Assembly (NCBI GenBank): GCA_001778095.1
Contig: MFGA01000006.1
Span: 6,169 to 70,168 of the forward strand
DNA: 64,000 bases
Direction: 5' to 3'
Origin: Candidatus Falkowbacteria bacterium RIFOXYA2_FULL_38_12
GTDB taxonomy: Bacteria; Patescibacteriota; Patescibacteriia; XYB2-FULL-38-15
A program made the translations under genes and the position numbers. This document shows, piece after piece, positions 9,882 through 20,296 of the stretch (position 1 is its first letter; the number at the start of each line of letters is the position of its first letter). The notes beneath the pieces are model-generated. The model made no database searches, was not told the DNA's origin, and saw only the letters and a list, made by a program, of their open reading frames with translations.

Positions 9882-12800
9882 TTATTGTCTTTCCAGCGCT
9901 ACATTAAATCTCACCGCTGCTCCTTTTTCTTTAGCGGTTAAATCTATATCATCGGTTTTTCGCGGTTTGAACTCCGGTTTACTGAAAGTCGCGTAATAAA
10001 CATTATTTCCAACCAAGAACGAATATCTTCCATTGGCATCGGTGACCTGTGTTTCCAATAATTTGTTATATTCTTTTTCAAAAATTCTGGCGACAGTTAA
10101 TCCAACAGGTTTTTTGGTATTTTTATCATAAACAACACCCCAGTTTTTCGGTTTTTTGGCTCGCGCAACTCTTTTCATGACAAAAAACAAGACAAAGTGT
10201 CCGGCCAAAAGTCCGAACATCCACGGCTTTGGCGAAATCATTACCGAAGCCATGGTAACGAGAAGTCCGGTCAAGGCGACAAGATCCTGCGCTCTTTTGC
10301 CAAAATATCCCAAAATAATCTTTTTATCAGTTACGGTTTTTTTACTTTCAATCGGATCAATGGGAATGTTTGGTGTGATGGTGGTATCTTTTTCGTTAAC
10401 AGTTAATTCTTCGCCATGATAAATATCTAAAAATTGGATATCTTCTTTTTTATCTTTCATGTAAACGGACGGAAAAGTGAAATTCGGTTTTGAAACTGCG
10501 ATATTGTATTTTCCCGGATTAACAAAAAAGGCAAATCTTCCTTCTCGGTCAGTCACTCTTGTTTGGACAAGTTTATTTGTTTCTTTGTTATAAAGACGAA
10601 CGATCGCCAGATCAACCGGCATTTTTGATAAAGAATTGTAGACAACGCCCCAACCTTTTCTTTTTTTAGGAAACAAGAGCAAAAGAGGTTGAGTAAAAAG
10701 GAATTGCAGAAAAGGAAGCAGGCTGGAAAAAGAAATAGCGGTTCCGTAGCTGATTATGGCAACGGCGGCAACGGTCGGCGCGGCGATATTTTCATTTGCT
10801 TTTTCAACTTCGGGATTATCTAAAACTTTTTCAGTGATTATTTCACCACCTTCACTTATTTTCTCGGCAATATTTTTGCTGACATTGGCAATATTCTCCG
10901 CAACGGGGGCTTCTTCGTTCCAGATAGGCTTTTCTTCGACAACAATAACCTCTTTTTTTAATTCAACAGTTTGGTTTATGTTATTTGTTGTTATCTCAAA
11001 TATTTCAGTTTGTTTTTTTTGATATCCGCTTTTTTCAACCACCAAGTAATATTTTCCTTTTGGTGTAATAAAACTATATTCGCCGTATTTGTTAGTATAT
11101 TGTGGATTCTCTTGGTTGAATTTTGCTCCGCTCCAGATAGTCTTGGGATTTTCCGTAAAAAGAGTGACTTTTGCTCCCTCTATTTTATTATCCCCTCTTC
11201 CTTCCCAGACAAAACCCGAATTGAGAAGAGAAAAACTTCCATCAATTTTGTCAAAAGTTCCATCTTCGTAGCTTACATATAAAGAAAACAATAGATTGGC
11301 CGGCTCATCAGGTATTTCAAAAGAAGTTTCATAAAAATTTTTACTATTCAGAGAAAGAAGATATGAAGAATTTTTAAAAATAATAGCAAGTTTTTCGGAA
11401 TTCTTGGTAAGTTTTTCTTTTTCTATTTTTAAGAGAACGGTTTTGTTGGTTAAGATTGATATTTGATTGTCTTGATTCGGTGAAAGTTGGATAGCGCCGT
11501 TGGCGGCAAGGAAACTAAAATCATTGATAGTCAGTTTTTCTTCTCCAAGAATAATTTTTTCTTCATCTATTTTTCCAAATATTTCTCCGGCTATTTCTTC
11601 AATTTCACCTTCTATGGCCGGTGGCAATTCCGGTTCTCCCGGACAACCGTCCCCCACGCAGGGCGGTTCTTCTGGAGGTTCTTCGGGTTCTTCTTCAGGC
11701 TCTTCATCGCACTCATCGCCAACGCACGGCGGTTCGACCACTACAACGATCGTCGCTTGAGTGAGCGCGCCGGCAGAATGATTTAGTGAAGCGTCATATG
11801 CGAAAGCGGTGTAATAAACCGGTCTGTTATAATCAGCTGCTGCAAATCTTATATCTGAAAAGTTTTCGGCTCTTCCGTCAAAAACCAAATCTCCTTCTTC
11901 CGGATTCGCCGGATGACTACCAAAGCTTCTTTTTATTAAGACTCTTGTAAAATCAGGATCAGCGGGGTTTGTCCAAGAAAGGTTGATTGTTCTTGCCGGA
12001 GTGGCGGTTGCGTTAAAATTACTGACATTGGCTGGCGGAATGAGGTCGTTTGTAGTAGTAAAAGTTTGATCTCCGGAAATAGCTGTATTTCCCCAAGCGT
12101 CAGTGGAAGTAATAATAAAATGGTAAGCTGTAGCAGTTTCCAGTCCTCCTAAAACAACAGTGTGGTTTAAAACAAAAGCGACTCCGGTGGCCATGCTTCC
12201 ATAAAGAATATTTTTTCCGTAATTTACAACACTGGTTGCCCCTTCATTAGTTTCCCAAGTTATTTCAGCCGAACTGTTTGTTATATTTATTGTTTGAATA
12301 TTGGAAATTACCGGCGGAATAATATCTTCTTCTGGTTCCGGTTCTTCTTCCGGCGGAATCACTGGAGGTGGTACAACCGGTCCCGGGGGAACTCCGCCTT
12401 CTTCAACTTCAGCGCTAACTGTCACCTGCTCATTGCTTACTATGTATATTGTTATTGTTTTTGAATCTCCAAAATTTCCGCCAATTTGGATAAAGTATGA
12501 ACCGGTCACGGCCGGATTTGTGATTCGTTCATTTCCGATCCCCTCTTCTGTCGTGTTTAGTCCTATTCTTATAATCACTGCGGAACTTCCGGCAATATAT
12601 GTTCCCGCATTGCTTGGCGCGGTCAGGGTAAAAACTCTGGCGGCAACCGATACTCCCCATTCTGTAGCCGTTGCTCCGCATCCGCCGGCTTCATTGTTAA
12701 TATCTTCTTGCGCTCCGTCATCAAGTAGATCAACGTCTCCACAATCAATGCCACCTAGATCGGCCGCAAAGGCACTGGGAAAAGTAATGGCAATGGTTTT

Positions 12801-12998
12801 ATTTTCTATGATTGCGGTTGAAAGAGTGGTAGTAAAAGAAAATTCATGATTAGCCGCGGCGCTGGTGGCAGTTCTTGATAAAGTGTCTTTTGCTTCAAAT
12901 AAAAGCCCGGCATTGGTTGGTTTTAAGAAGATAAGAGAGCCCAGTGTTACAACAGAGAATATTATCAGGTAAATCAACTTTTTGGTTAAGGAAAACAT
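9882..12998 (-). CDS. secreted/membrane protein with fibronectin III and carboxypeptidase-regulatory-like domains
   Basis: Signal peptide, ITWETNE..VNYG FN3 motif, repeated VTD..GRF/YSF.V..G.Y domains, C-terminal TMs. Confidence 0.75.
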   Translation of the reverse strand: MFSLTKKLIYLIIFSVVTLGSLIFLKPTNAGLLFEAKDTLSRTATSAAANHEFSFTTTLSTAIIENKTIAITFPSAFAADLGGIDCGDVDLLDDGAQEDINNEAGGCGATATEWGVSVAARVFTLTAPSNAGTYIAGSSAVIIRIGLNTTEEGIGNERITNPAVTGSYFIQIGGNFGDSKTITIYIVSNEQVTVSAEVEEGGVPPGPVVPPPVIPPEEEPEPEEDIIPPVISNIQTINITNSSAEITWETNEGATSVVNYGKNILYGSMATGVAFVLNHTVVLGGLETATAYHFIITSTDAWGNTAISGDQTFTTTNDLIPPANVSNFNATATPARTINLSWTNPADPDFTRVLIKRSFGSHPANPEEGDLVFDGRAENFSDIRFAAADYNRPVYYTAFAYDASLNHSAGALTQATIVVVVEPPCVGDECDEEPEEEPEEPPEEPPCVGDGCPGEPELPPAIEGEIEEIAGEIFGKIDEEKIILGEEKLTINDFSFLAANGAIQLSPNQDNQISILTNKTVLLKIEKEKLTKNSEKLAIIFKNSSYLLSLNSKNFYETSFEIPDEPANLLFSLYVSYEDGTFDKIDGSFSLLNSGFVWEGRGDNKIEGAKVTLFTENPKTIWSGAKFNQENPQYTNKYGEYSFITPKGKYYLVVEKSGYQKKQTEIFEITTNNINQTVELKKEVIVVEEKPIWNEEAPVAENIANVSKNIAEKISEGGEIITEKVLDNPEVEKANENIAAPTVAAVAIISYGTAISFSSLLPFLQFLFTQPLLLLFPKKRKGWGVVYNSLSKMPVDLAIVRLYNKETNKLVQTRVTDREGRFAFFVNPGKYNIAVSKPNFTFPSVYMKDKKEDIQFLDIYHGEELTVNEKDTTITPNIPIDPIESKKTVTDKKIILGYFGKRAQDLVALTGLLVTMASVMISPKPWMFGLLAGHFVLFFVMKRVARAKKPKNWGVVYDKNTKKPVGLTVARIFEKEYNKLLETQVTDANGRYSFLVGNNVYYATFSKPEFKPRKTDDIDLTAKEKGAAVRFNVALERQ

Positions 12999-13011
12999 CG
13001 CTTTACTTTTA

Positions 13012-13245
13012 AAACTCTAAATCCGAAATCCTAAACTCTAAACAAATACTAATATCAAAAGCCCCCTCAATTTATCATCCCGAGCTTGTCGACCGCGTGT
13101 CGCTAAAGCTTCAGCGAGTGGCGCAGGGATCTCACGCCGTGGTTAAAGAAGTATTATGGGATTTCTCGACAAGCTCGAAATGACAGAAATAGTTTTTGAT
13201 TTTGTATTTTGGATTTGTTTAGGATTTGGTGCTTAGGATTTAGGA
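13012..13245. repeat. AT-rich 7-nt-periodic hairpin repeat (family 2) with nested elements
   Basis: aaactctaaatccgaaatcctaaactctaaacaaa...tttgtttaggatttggtgcttaggatttaggattt; contains family 3 element 13074-13185 and a 33-bp insert. Confidence 0.85.
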
Positions 13246-14199
13246 TTTCTTTCCATACTTCTCTAAAATCCACCTATTATATCTTTTTATTCCCAAAACA
13301 AAGATTAAAAAGACAACTAAAATAGTTATTAAAGATATTCCGATAACGCGCCAAGGAAACACCCAAAAAGATTTTTCAGCAATAAGTGTTTGATCGGCGG
13401 ATCCGTAGCCTAGCGTAGCAACTGCTGAATATCGGCCAAAAGCAAAATTATCTTTTTCTTTTATTATTTCAGATAAATTTTCCGCGACATCTTTATTTTT
13501 CCAGGAAACATTATATTGTCGCACTGATCCGGGCAAGGCATTATTAAGCCCCGGGTTTACATCCAACGAAGCGACTTCTTTTCCCCAAATATTTTTTATT
13601 TTTATCTCGCCAATGGGTTTCAAATAAACATTGCCCATATTTTCAAAGCGCAAGGAAAGATTTACCGGCAGATGATTATACATTTTCTTGTCAGCGGAAA
13701 ATTCTATTATTCTAGCCTTCTCTTCGGCCATGCCGGCGATATTTACTAAAATCAAAGTGCCGGTTTTGGAAGTAATGCCAACGGAGTCTTTATTTGCTGA
13801 CGGCATTGCCCAAAGAATTCCGGCGAAATGTCCACCCGGAAAGGCTCCATCGGGAATGTTTATTGTAAAAAGTATATTTTTTCTTTCGTTCGATTTTAAA
13901 GTGACAGTTTTTTCTTTAACGTCAATCCAGTTGGAAAGTTTAGAAGGATCATTTTTATCAGCTATTGGCAAGAAGTTTGGCGTCCCTTTTTCATTTAACG
14001 GTTTAAAATCTCTAACTTCAGCTACAAGAGTTATCGGAGCGGAAGTTTCATTGAAAAGTTTAACAACATCAGTAATCGTCTCCCCTCTTTTGGCTATAAA
14101 TTCCATTGTTGGCGGAGAAATAGTCAGGGCAAAAGAAGAGATAGGAAAAAAACCAGCTAGCGCAATCAGAAGTAGAATTTTTATTATAGTTTTTTTCAT
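13240..14199 (-). CDS. DUF916/WxL-interacting-like cell-surface protein
   Basis: Signal peptide, LTISPP, L..WI, PGGH.A.I, FENMGNVYL.P.G, C-terminal FWVFPW plus TM. Confidence 0.7.
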   Translation of the reverse strand: MKKTIIKILLLIALAGFFPISSFALTISPPTMEFIAKRGETITDVVKLFNETSAPITLVAEVRDFKPLNEKGTPNFLPIADKNDPSKLSNWIDVKEKTVTLKSNERKNILFTINIPDGAFPGGHFAGILWAMPSANKDSVGITSKTGTLILVNIAGMAEEKARIIEFSADKKMYNHLPVNLSLRFENMGNVYLKPIGEIKIKNIWGKEVASLDVNPGLNNALPGSVRQYNVSWKNKDVAENLSEIIKEKDNFAFGRYSAVATLGYGSADQTLIAEKSFWVFPWRVIGISLITILVVFLIFVLGIKRYNRWILEKYGKKS

Positions 14200-14210
14200 A
14201 CAATTTATTC

Positions 14211-14352
14211 TGTCATTGCGAGCCCAGACTTTTTAGTCGGGGCGTGGCAATCCCCTTCTTTTTCTTGTATTGCAGGGGATTGCTTGCACCGTCGCTAAGG
14301 CTATGGTGGCACACAGTCGTCCCCCGCAAAAGGCGGGGTTCTCGCAATGACA
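14211..14352. repeat. GTCATTGCGAG...CTCGCAATGAC palindromic repeat
   Basis: Second copy at 33241-33425. Confidence 0.8.
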
Positions 14353-14357
14353 AACTC

Positions 14358-15050
14358 TTAAAAGTTTCCCGTAGAAATATAAGTAACCGTATGCGAATAG
14401 TTCCCAGTAACTGAACTTGTGGAAATTGTCGCTCTGTAGGTAATTGTAGTTGTACTTGCGTTTATATAACTTGAATAAGAGGCAACGGTTTGAGCAGTAC
14501 TGGTAATCGCCGTATCGGTCGCATTCATTTGTCCTTGGTCTCCCGAAGTTCTAATTCCATATTCTTCACTTCCGGCGCTCACAGATCCATCGGCGACATC
14601 GTTAATATCGTTTGCCCCACTTCTTAAGTTCCCATCTTCAATAACGGTTGTCGTATATCCTTTTTCTGAATTCGTTGTAGTGATAATCGTGTGGCTCCTC
14701 GTAGTAACAGCGTTTCGATCCAAAAGACCAAAATCAATTGAGTTGCTTGATATTGAAAAAGTTAAAGTTGGATTTGCCTCAACTTGTCTAAATCCCCCCT
14801 GATTTCCATAACTTGCGCTTGAAATTGGACCAGTTCCTAATTCTCCCAGAGTGTCCTGTAGTTGGTAGCTGGCAGAGCTTGAAGTTTCCTCCCCGCCGAC
14901 ATTAAAAGAATCCATCCAATTAATATAATTAGCTGAACTCATGGAAGCCAAGGACGTTTTTGGCTCTATGGTAAAAGGAAAAAAAAGACAAAAACAAACC
15001 AAAGCGATTTTTATTAATTTTATGAACAAAACCATCATAAAATAAATCAC
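14358..15050 (-). CDS. secreted Ser/Thr-rich WxL-like surface protein
   Basis: Signal peptide, MSSANY, LTFSIS, C-terminal G.YS.T.TYI.TGNF. Confidence 0.65.
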   Translation of the reverse strand: MIYFMMVLFIKLIKIALVCFCLFFPFTIEPKTSLASMSSANYINWMDSFNVGGEETSSSASYQLQDTLGELGTGPISSASYGNQGGFRQVEANPTLTFSISSNSIDFGLLDRNAVTTRSHTIITTTNSEKGYTTTVIEDGNLRSGANDINDVADGSVSAGSEEYGIRTSGDQGQMNATDTAITSTAQTVASYSSYINASTTTITYRATISTSSVTGNYSHTVTYISTGNF

Positions 15051-15073
15051 TTTTATGCAATTAAAGGTACATG

Positions 15074-15233
15074 GAGACTTGTTCTTTGATAATCCTTTCT
15101 ACTGCAACTGGTAATTTTGGCTCCAAATTGTTCAAAGCTCGTTGAGGTATTACCAATATCTCTCCTCGCTTTTCACAATTTTCGCTCAAAATTACTGCGT
15201 TTCGTAACGAAAGATTACCAAAAAACAAGTCTT
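15074..15233 (+). repeat. TAGAC...GTCTA-type long hairpin element (family 4), copy A
   Basis: Core aatcctttctactgcaact...aaattactgcgtttcgtaacgaaagatta shared with 52935, 58762 and 62044. Confidence 0.85.
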
Positions 15234-15450
15234 AAAAGAATAAAGCTTCTATTCCAAGGGTACGCAAACATTTACAGTCTTGATTCTTGCCTCAATTTTG
15301 GGTACAATTACATTAAGGCAGACTTGTTGCGGTTTGGGAAAGGAACTTTAATCTTTTTAACAAAGCCTCCCCTCTTTCTTTAAATGTTAACAATCAAAAT
15401 AAAGAGCAAAAGTGGATCAGATTGTTAATATTATTGTATACATTATATAT

Positions 15451-15479
15451 ATTATAGCATAAAAAAGGCAAAAAGTCAA
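15451..15479 (-). promoter_or_regulatory. sigma70 promoter for the surface cluster
   Basis: TTGACT-N17-TATAAT with extended TG. Confidence 0.75.
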
Positions 15480-15584
15480 AGATAGGAGCTTATATTATAC
15501 AATATTGTAAACATAGTGTATAGAGTACTGTAAACATTGAAAAAGAGGCTTTTGGCTATTTTGGTTTCCCCTGCCGTTTCCTGC

Positions 15585-15698
15585 GTCGTTCTGAGGGGAG
15601 CGATCCCACAAAAGGCGGGACACGTATGCGGTCTAGAAAAGAATGTTGCTCGCATCCGTGAGAGATTCTCCATCCACAAAAGGCGGGGTCAGGATGAC
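15585..15698 (+). repeat. family 1 repeat, degenerate copy
   Basis: gtcgttctgaggggagcga...gggtcaggatgac. Confidence 0.8.
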
Positions 15699-15866
15699 TT
15701 TTCTGCTAGGACGGTGAAAATCAATAATATTAGTTCTGTATAGATAGTTTCACGCTAAACATTAGATAAATAGGATTTGTTTGGCGTGGAACAGTAGATT
15801 CCCCCTCTTGTCTATGCAGAATAGCAATTCGGAGGGTTCATTGGTACTAAAAATAATATAAAATTT

Positions 15867-16853
15867 ATGAATCCTTATCGTGAACCTAGCGAATTTACAG
15901 AGGCTAATCCGGCAATTGAAGAAATGTTAAAAAGGGAGAGGGCAAAAGAAATAATGAAAGATGATTATTTTGGTCCGGAAGCAGTTAAGACTGTCTTTGG
16001 TATTGAAGTTCTTGATTCGGAAATTCCGTCGCTTCCATATACATTAGAGCAATTAGAACAAGCTAAAGAGCTAGGCGAAATACTTATTTTACGCGTTTCG
16101 CATGATAATAGTGGTAGGCCGATGACTATGGAGCAGATCAATGAAATAATGCAACCCAGAATGAAAAGTAAAATTTTTTGTGATTATCGTCCAGGGGAAG
16201 GAGATTGGTTTAAAAGCGAAGATTTCTATAAAAAAGATTTTATTAAAACGGAATGGAAGCTAGTAAGCAGATCATTTCTTCCAGATGTAACTTCTAAAAA
16301 AAATAAAGAAGGAAAATATGTTAATGGTTCAAGGGGCTGTGGCTACGCATATCAAACTAAAATATTGCGAGAATGGCTTAAATCTATAGATTTCCTAGAA
16401 AAAGATGAAGAGTCAGAGTGTTCCGATAAAATACTTTTAGAATTGTCGGAAGAAGTAGGTCTTAAATTCGGGTCAAGCGCAATTAAGGACTATTCTAAGC
16501 GTTGGCCTGCGAAAAAAGAAAAAAAATTTTGCCGTAAAATAGTCAATTTAAAAATTAATGTAAGGCATAGACAATCCCCAACAGAAATACTCTATGATTG
16601 GATGTTGGGATTTTCCACTAGGGGAGGATTGTCTGTTTCTGATGCAGAGATAGCAGGTTCTATAGAAAGCAGGTTAAAATATTATGGCCTCTTCGGAGAC
16701 GAGAGGTCAAGGGTCTTGTCTCGTAGTTTGTCATCCAGGGGTCGTGTTGTGGGGGTTCATTTTTGCTTTTCATATTTAGGCGGGAGAATGTATATTTTTG
16801 ATAGTTATGCGAGTATAGGTGAATGGGAAGAAGGGTTAATTTCACAGCGCTAA
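15867..16853 (+). CDS. hypothetical protein (possible C-type-lectin-like fold)
   Basis: 328-aa ORF; FGPEAV..FGI..IPSLPY..L..AKELG..LILR resembles a recurrent CPR family from memory. Confidence 0.6.
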   Translation: MNPYREPSEFTEANPAIEEMLKRERAKEIMKDDYFGPEAVKTVFGIEVLDSEIPSLPYTLEQLEQAKELGEILILRVSHDNSGRPMTMEQINEIMQPRMKSKIFCDYRPGEGDWFKSEDFYKKDFIKTEWKLVSRSFLPDVTSKKNKEGKYVNGSRGCGYAYQTKILREWLKSIDFLEKDEESECSDKILLELSEEVGLKFGSSAIKDYSKRWPAKKEKKFCRKIVNLKINVRHRQSPTEILYDWMLGFSTRGGLSVSDAEIAGSIESRLKYYGLFGDERSRVLSRSLSSRGRVVGVHFCFSYLGGRMYIFDSYASIGEWEEGLISQR

Positions 16854-16946
16854 TTCTGGATCTTATCTTTTCGGTTTGACAAAAAAGAATTTACAGTGTA
16901 GCATTATAGTAAGATGGTATAAATACTAGTATTAAAATACTATAAT

Positions 16947-17159
16947 ATGAAAGAAATTTCCAAGCTGGCTAAGGCGATCAAAGCTCTAAGGAAAAAGAAA
17001 AAAATGTCCCAAGACAAGCTTTCCAAAACAGCTGATATCGCTTATAATACTTTAATAAAGATAGAATCCGGAGTGATAAAAAATCCGACAATAAAAACGA
17101 TGAAAAGTTTAGCGAAAGCGTTTGAGGTTACGATTGATGAATTGGCGAAGAGTATATAA
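16947..17159 (+). CDS. XRE-family HTH regulator
   Basis: LRKKKKMSQDKLS..IESG...NPTIKT; TTGACA-N17-TAGCAT promoter upstream at about 16877. Confidence 0.88.
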   Translation: MKEISKLAKAIKALRKKKKMSQDKLSKTADIAYNTLIKIESGVIKNPTIKTMKSLAKAFEVTIDELAKSI

Positions 17160-17166
17160 TTTTTTC

Positions 17167-17270
17167 GTCATTCTGAGCGGAGCGACCCCGCAAAAGGCGG
17201 AGCGCGTATGCGGGCTAGAAAAGAATATCGCTCGCATTCGCGAGAGATCCTTCACTGCGTTCAGGATGAC
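17167..17270 (+). repeat. family 1 repeat
   Basis: Near-identical to 5295-5398. Confidence 0.9.
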
Positions 17271-17315
17271 AGTTGCTATTTTTTGTAAATCTCAAAAAGG
17301 TAATTAAACAAAAAT

Positions 17316-18779
17316 ATGAAAACTAAGACAGAAGAAACAACAGAAAAAGGAGCCAAAATAAAAATAACCAAGCGGGGAGAGGATTTTTCCCGCTGGTATA
17401 CTGACGTAATCGCGGCCGCCGAGATGGCCGATTACGCGCCGGTAAAAGGCTGTATGGTTATTCGGCCGTATGGTTATGCTATTTGGGAAAATTTTCAAAA
17501 AGTTTTAGATAAAATGTTCAAGGAGACCGGACACGAGAACGCTTATTTCCCATTATTTATTCCGGAAAGTTTTTTAAAGCGCGAAGAAAATCATATTGAA
17601 GGATTTTCTCCGGAGCTCGCGGTCGTCACTCATGCCGGAGGAAAAAAATTAGAGGAAAATTTAGTGGTGCGGCCAACTTCGGAGACGATTATTTATGACA
17701 GTTTTTCCAAATGGATTGAATCGTGGCGCGATTTGCCACTGCTATTAAATCAATGGGCCAATGTCGTCCGTTGGGAAATGCGAACTAGATTATTTTTGAG
17801 AACAACAGAATTTCTTTGGCAAGAGGGGCACACGGCGCATGCGACCGAAAATGAGGCTGAAGAAGAAGTATTAAAAATGCTTGAGGTTTATCGGAAATTT
17901 TCCGAAGAATATTTAGCTTTGCCGGTAATCCCCGGAAGAAAAAGCGAGAATGAAAAATTTGCCGGAGCTCTTCGGACATATTGTATTGAAGGAATGATGC
18001 AAGATAAAAAAGCGCTCCAATGTGGAACATCGCATAACCTTGGACAGAATTTTGCCAAAGTTTTTGATGTTAAATTTTTAGATCAAGAGGGGACGAAGCA
18101 ATATGTTTGGCAGACAAGCTGGGGCGTCTCTACGCGGCTTATCGGCGCTTTAATCATGGCGCATGGGGACGATAACGGAATAATTGTTCCTCCAAAAATA
18201 GCCGCAGTGCAAGCGGTCATTATTCCTATTTGGAAAAGCGAAGAAGAAAGAGAAAAGGTTTTGGAAGCTGCCAAAAAATTATATGAGGAATTAAAAGACG
18301 GTGGCATTGGTGTTCGCCTTGACGAAAGAGATTTGCGTCCGGCTTGGAAATATTTTGAATGGGAAAGAAAAGGCGTGCCGGTAAGAATTGAACTGGGTCC
18401 GCGCGATATAGAAAAAAGCGAAGCGGTTATGGTTCGCCGAGATACGGGAGAAAAGAGAAATGTTTTACAAAAACAACTGGCGGACGAAGTTAAAAAAGAG
18501 CTTGAGGCTATCCAAAAAAATCTTTTTGATCGCGCTTTAAAATTTCAAAAAGAAAATACTTTTGAAACGGAAGATTGGGAAGAATTTAAAAAGATTATGG
18601 CAGGGGACGGGGGATTTGTAAAAGCGAATTGGTGTGGAGAGACAAAATGCGAGCTAGAAATTAAAGAAGAGACAAAAGCGACAGTTAGATGTATTCCTTT
18701 TAATGAAAAAGCATCTGGCAAATGTATCCATTGTGATAAAAAAGCAAAAGAAAAAGTAATTTTCGCGCAAGCGTATTGA
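17316..18779 (+). CDS. proS: proline--tRNA ligase (archaeal/eukaryotic type)
   Basis: [32 protein letters not shown]-terminal Zn motif ending AQAY. Confidence 0.97.
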   Translation: MKTKTEETTEKGAKIKITKRGEDFSRWYTDVIAAAEMADYAPVKGCMVIRPYGYAIWENFQKVLDKMFKETGHENAYFPLFIPESFLKREENHIEGFSPELAVVTHAGGKKLEENLVVRPTSETIIYDSFSKWIESWRDLPLLLNQWANVVRWEMRTRLFLRTTEFLWQEGHTAHATENEAEEEVLKMLEVYRKFSEEYLALPVIPGRKSENEKFAGALRTYCIEGMMQDKKALQCGTSHNLGQNFAKVFDVKFLDQEGTKQYVWQTSWGVSTRLIGALIMAHGDDNGIIVPPKIAAVQAVIIPIWKSEEEREKVLEAAKKLYEELKDGGIGVRLDERDLRPAWKYFEWERKGVPVRIELGPRDIEKSEAVMVRRDTGEKRNVLQKQLADEVKKELEAIQKNLFDRALKFQKENTFETEDWEEFKKIMAGDGGFVKANWCGETKCELEIKEETKATVRCIPFNEKASGKCIHCDKKAKEKVIFAQAY

Positions 18780-18791
18780 TTTATTATTTTT

Positions 18792-19154
18792 ATGAAGACA
18801 GAGAAATTGATAGGTGGCGTAAGGGAGAAGGAAGATGCAAAAAAGATAATAGATGATTTTTTGGGAGAAGGTCATGTTCCGTATGAAGATCAAGAGAATA
18901 GGAAGAAAGATCTAATGGATGCTTTTTTAAGAAGAGATCTGACTCAGAGGGAGGAAGAGGAATTTTTAAGATTTATGTTGCCAGACAAACGACAGGGGAA
19001 ACCATTTAAGACAATAGAAGATCTTAGAAAGTTTATAAAAGATTGTGAAGAAAAAGGTGTTTTTGAGGGAATTAAGAGAGAGGAGCCACCGACAAAAGAG
19101 CAAATGCAAGCACTCGTGGAAAGTTTTTTTACAGAAAGAGAAAGTAATGAATAG
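18792..19154 (+). CDS. hypothetical protein
   Basis: 120-aa charged ORF directly after proS. Confidence 0.6.
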   Translation: MKTEKLIGGVREKEDAKKIIDDFLGEGHVPYEDQENRKKDLMDAFLRRDLTQREEEEFLRFMLPDKRQGKPFKTIEDLRKFIKDCEEKGVFEGIKREEPPTKEQMQALVESFFTERESNE

Positions 19155-19180
19155 AATGGGAATAGAAAATAAATGATAAA

Positions 19181-19211
19181 AAAAGACTGCCGTTTATGGG
19201 CAGTCTTTTTT
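19181..19211. terminator. bidirectional intrinsic terminator
   Basis: aaaagactgcc gtttatg ggcagtcttttt between convergent genes. Confidence 0.8.
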
Positions 19212-19222
19212 ATATCGTTAAA

Positions 19223-19492
19223 TTATTTTTTACCTTTGGTGAATTTTAGTTTCATGGCGGCAAATGTCCCGACGGCAATGCCTAGAGAATAAACAAGGAT
19301 GGCGAGCCAGCTTCTTTCCGAGTCCAGCCTAGTTAAAATGTCATAGAAGACGCCCATGCTGACAACGGAAGTGAAAAAAGAAAAGGTGGAGGCTAAAACC
19401 GGTTTTTCATTGGCGACATATTTGACATTGTAAGTCCAAAATAAATCTTGCAGAACACCGACAAAGAAATAGAGAAGAAGATAGGCGCTCAT
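19223..19492 (-). CDS. small membrane protein (DUF5698-like)
   Basis: Three hydrophobic segments, Y..G.AVGTF. Confidence 0.6.
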   Translation of the reverse strand: MSAYLLLYFFVGVLQDLFWTYNVKYVANEKPVLASTFSFFTSVVSMGVFYDILTRLDSERSWLAILVYSLGIAVGTFAAMKLKFTKGKK

Positions 19493-19507
19493 AATTTTTC
19501 GCTTAAA

Positions 19508-19741
19508 TTATTTTTTATTATTTTTCCACTTTATTTGAAATTCTATTTCTTCCGCGTCTTTTTCCCTTTCATGTTCAATATTTATAATTGCATCTTTGGG
19601 AACAAATATCCTTTCCCCGGCGATTTGAATGGAAAAGCTTTTATCTTTTTCCAATGCATCGGCCAAACGACGAAGTTTTTCTATAAATTGTTTTTTGGGA
19701 TAGATTTTTTCGAGGTCTCGAGAGGATTTGTTTTTGGGCAT
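19508..19741 (-). CDS. amphi-Trp domain protein
   Basis: KLRRLADALE...F.IQIAGERI.VP...IEHER...EIEFQIKW. Confidence 0.85.
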   Translation of the reverse strand: MPKNKSSRDLEKIYPKKQFIEKLRRLADALEKDKSFSIQIAGERIFVPKDAIINIEHEREKDAEEIEFQIKWKNNKK

Positions 19742-19746
19742 AAGTT

Positions 19747-20265
19747 TTATTTCAAAACCTTAAAGCTTTGTACAATCTTTTCGAAAATATCTGATTCTAA
19801 ACATTCGTAAAGACTAAACTCGTAAACGGTGCCGTTATTTTGCATGCGATAAACTGGACATTGTCCGCCGTTAGCGAGAGTAGGATTGTTTGGATAGGAA
19901 ACAATTAATTTTACGCCACTGATCCCGTTGATTGTCACGTTTTCTTTGCTTATAATTTTTTCTGACTTAGTATCCGTTACTTCAAGTGAATTACTTTTTT
20001 TAAGTCGAATATCCATTTCCGGGAGTGACTCATTGCCCGGAGCAGATTGTTTTATTACGGATAAAAGATCGTCGTTACCACTTACAAAATATCCATCAGG
20101 AAGTTTTAATGAAAAATTCCAATCCCCGTTAACATAAGTTTCCTGTATGGAATTTAGCTCTGATTCAATGGAGGCATTTCTTGCTTGCCAAAAATAAATG
20201 CCACTTCCTGCGACAATTAATATTACGACAACAGTAGCGATGTTTTTTGTTGTTTTTGATTGCAT
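19747..20265 (-). CDS. membrane-anchored hypothetical protein (PsbP-like)
   Basis: N-terminal TM, Y.N...FS..LP, C-terminal FEKIVQSFK. Confidence 0.6.
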   Translation of the reverse strand: MQSKTTKNIATVVVILIVAGSGIYFWQARNASIESELNSIQETYVNGDWNFSLKLPDGYFVSGNDDLLSVIKQSAPGNESLPEMDIRLKKSNSLEVTDTKSEKIISKENVTINGISGVKLIVSYPNNPTLANGGQCPVYRMQNNGTVYEFSLYECLESDIFEKIVQSFKVLK

Positions 20266-20296
20266 TTTTATTTAAATTAGTTATAAATAATGTCCT

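Noticed and set aside
4318-14236. Long plus-strand ORFs antisense to the surface genes
   Set aside because: Shadows of biased-codon minus-strand CDSs.
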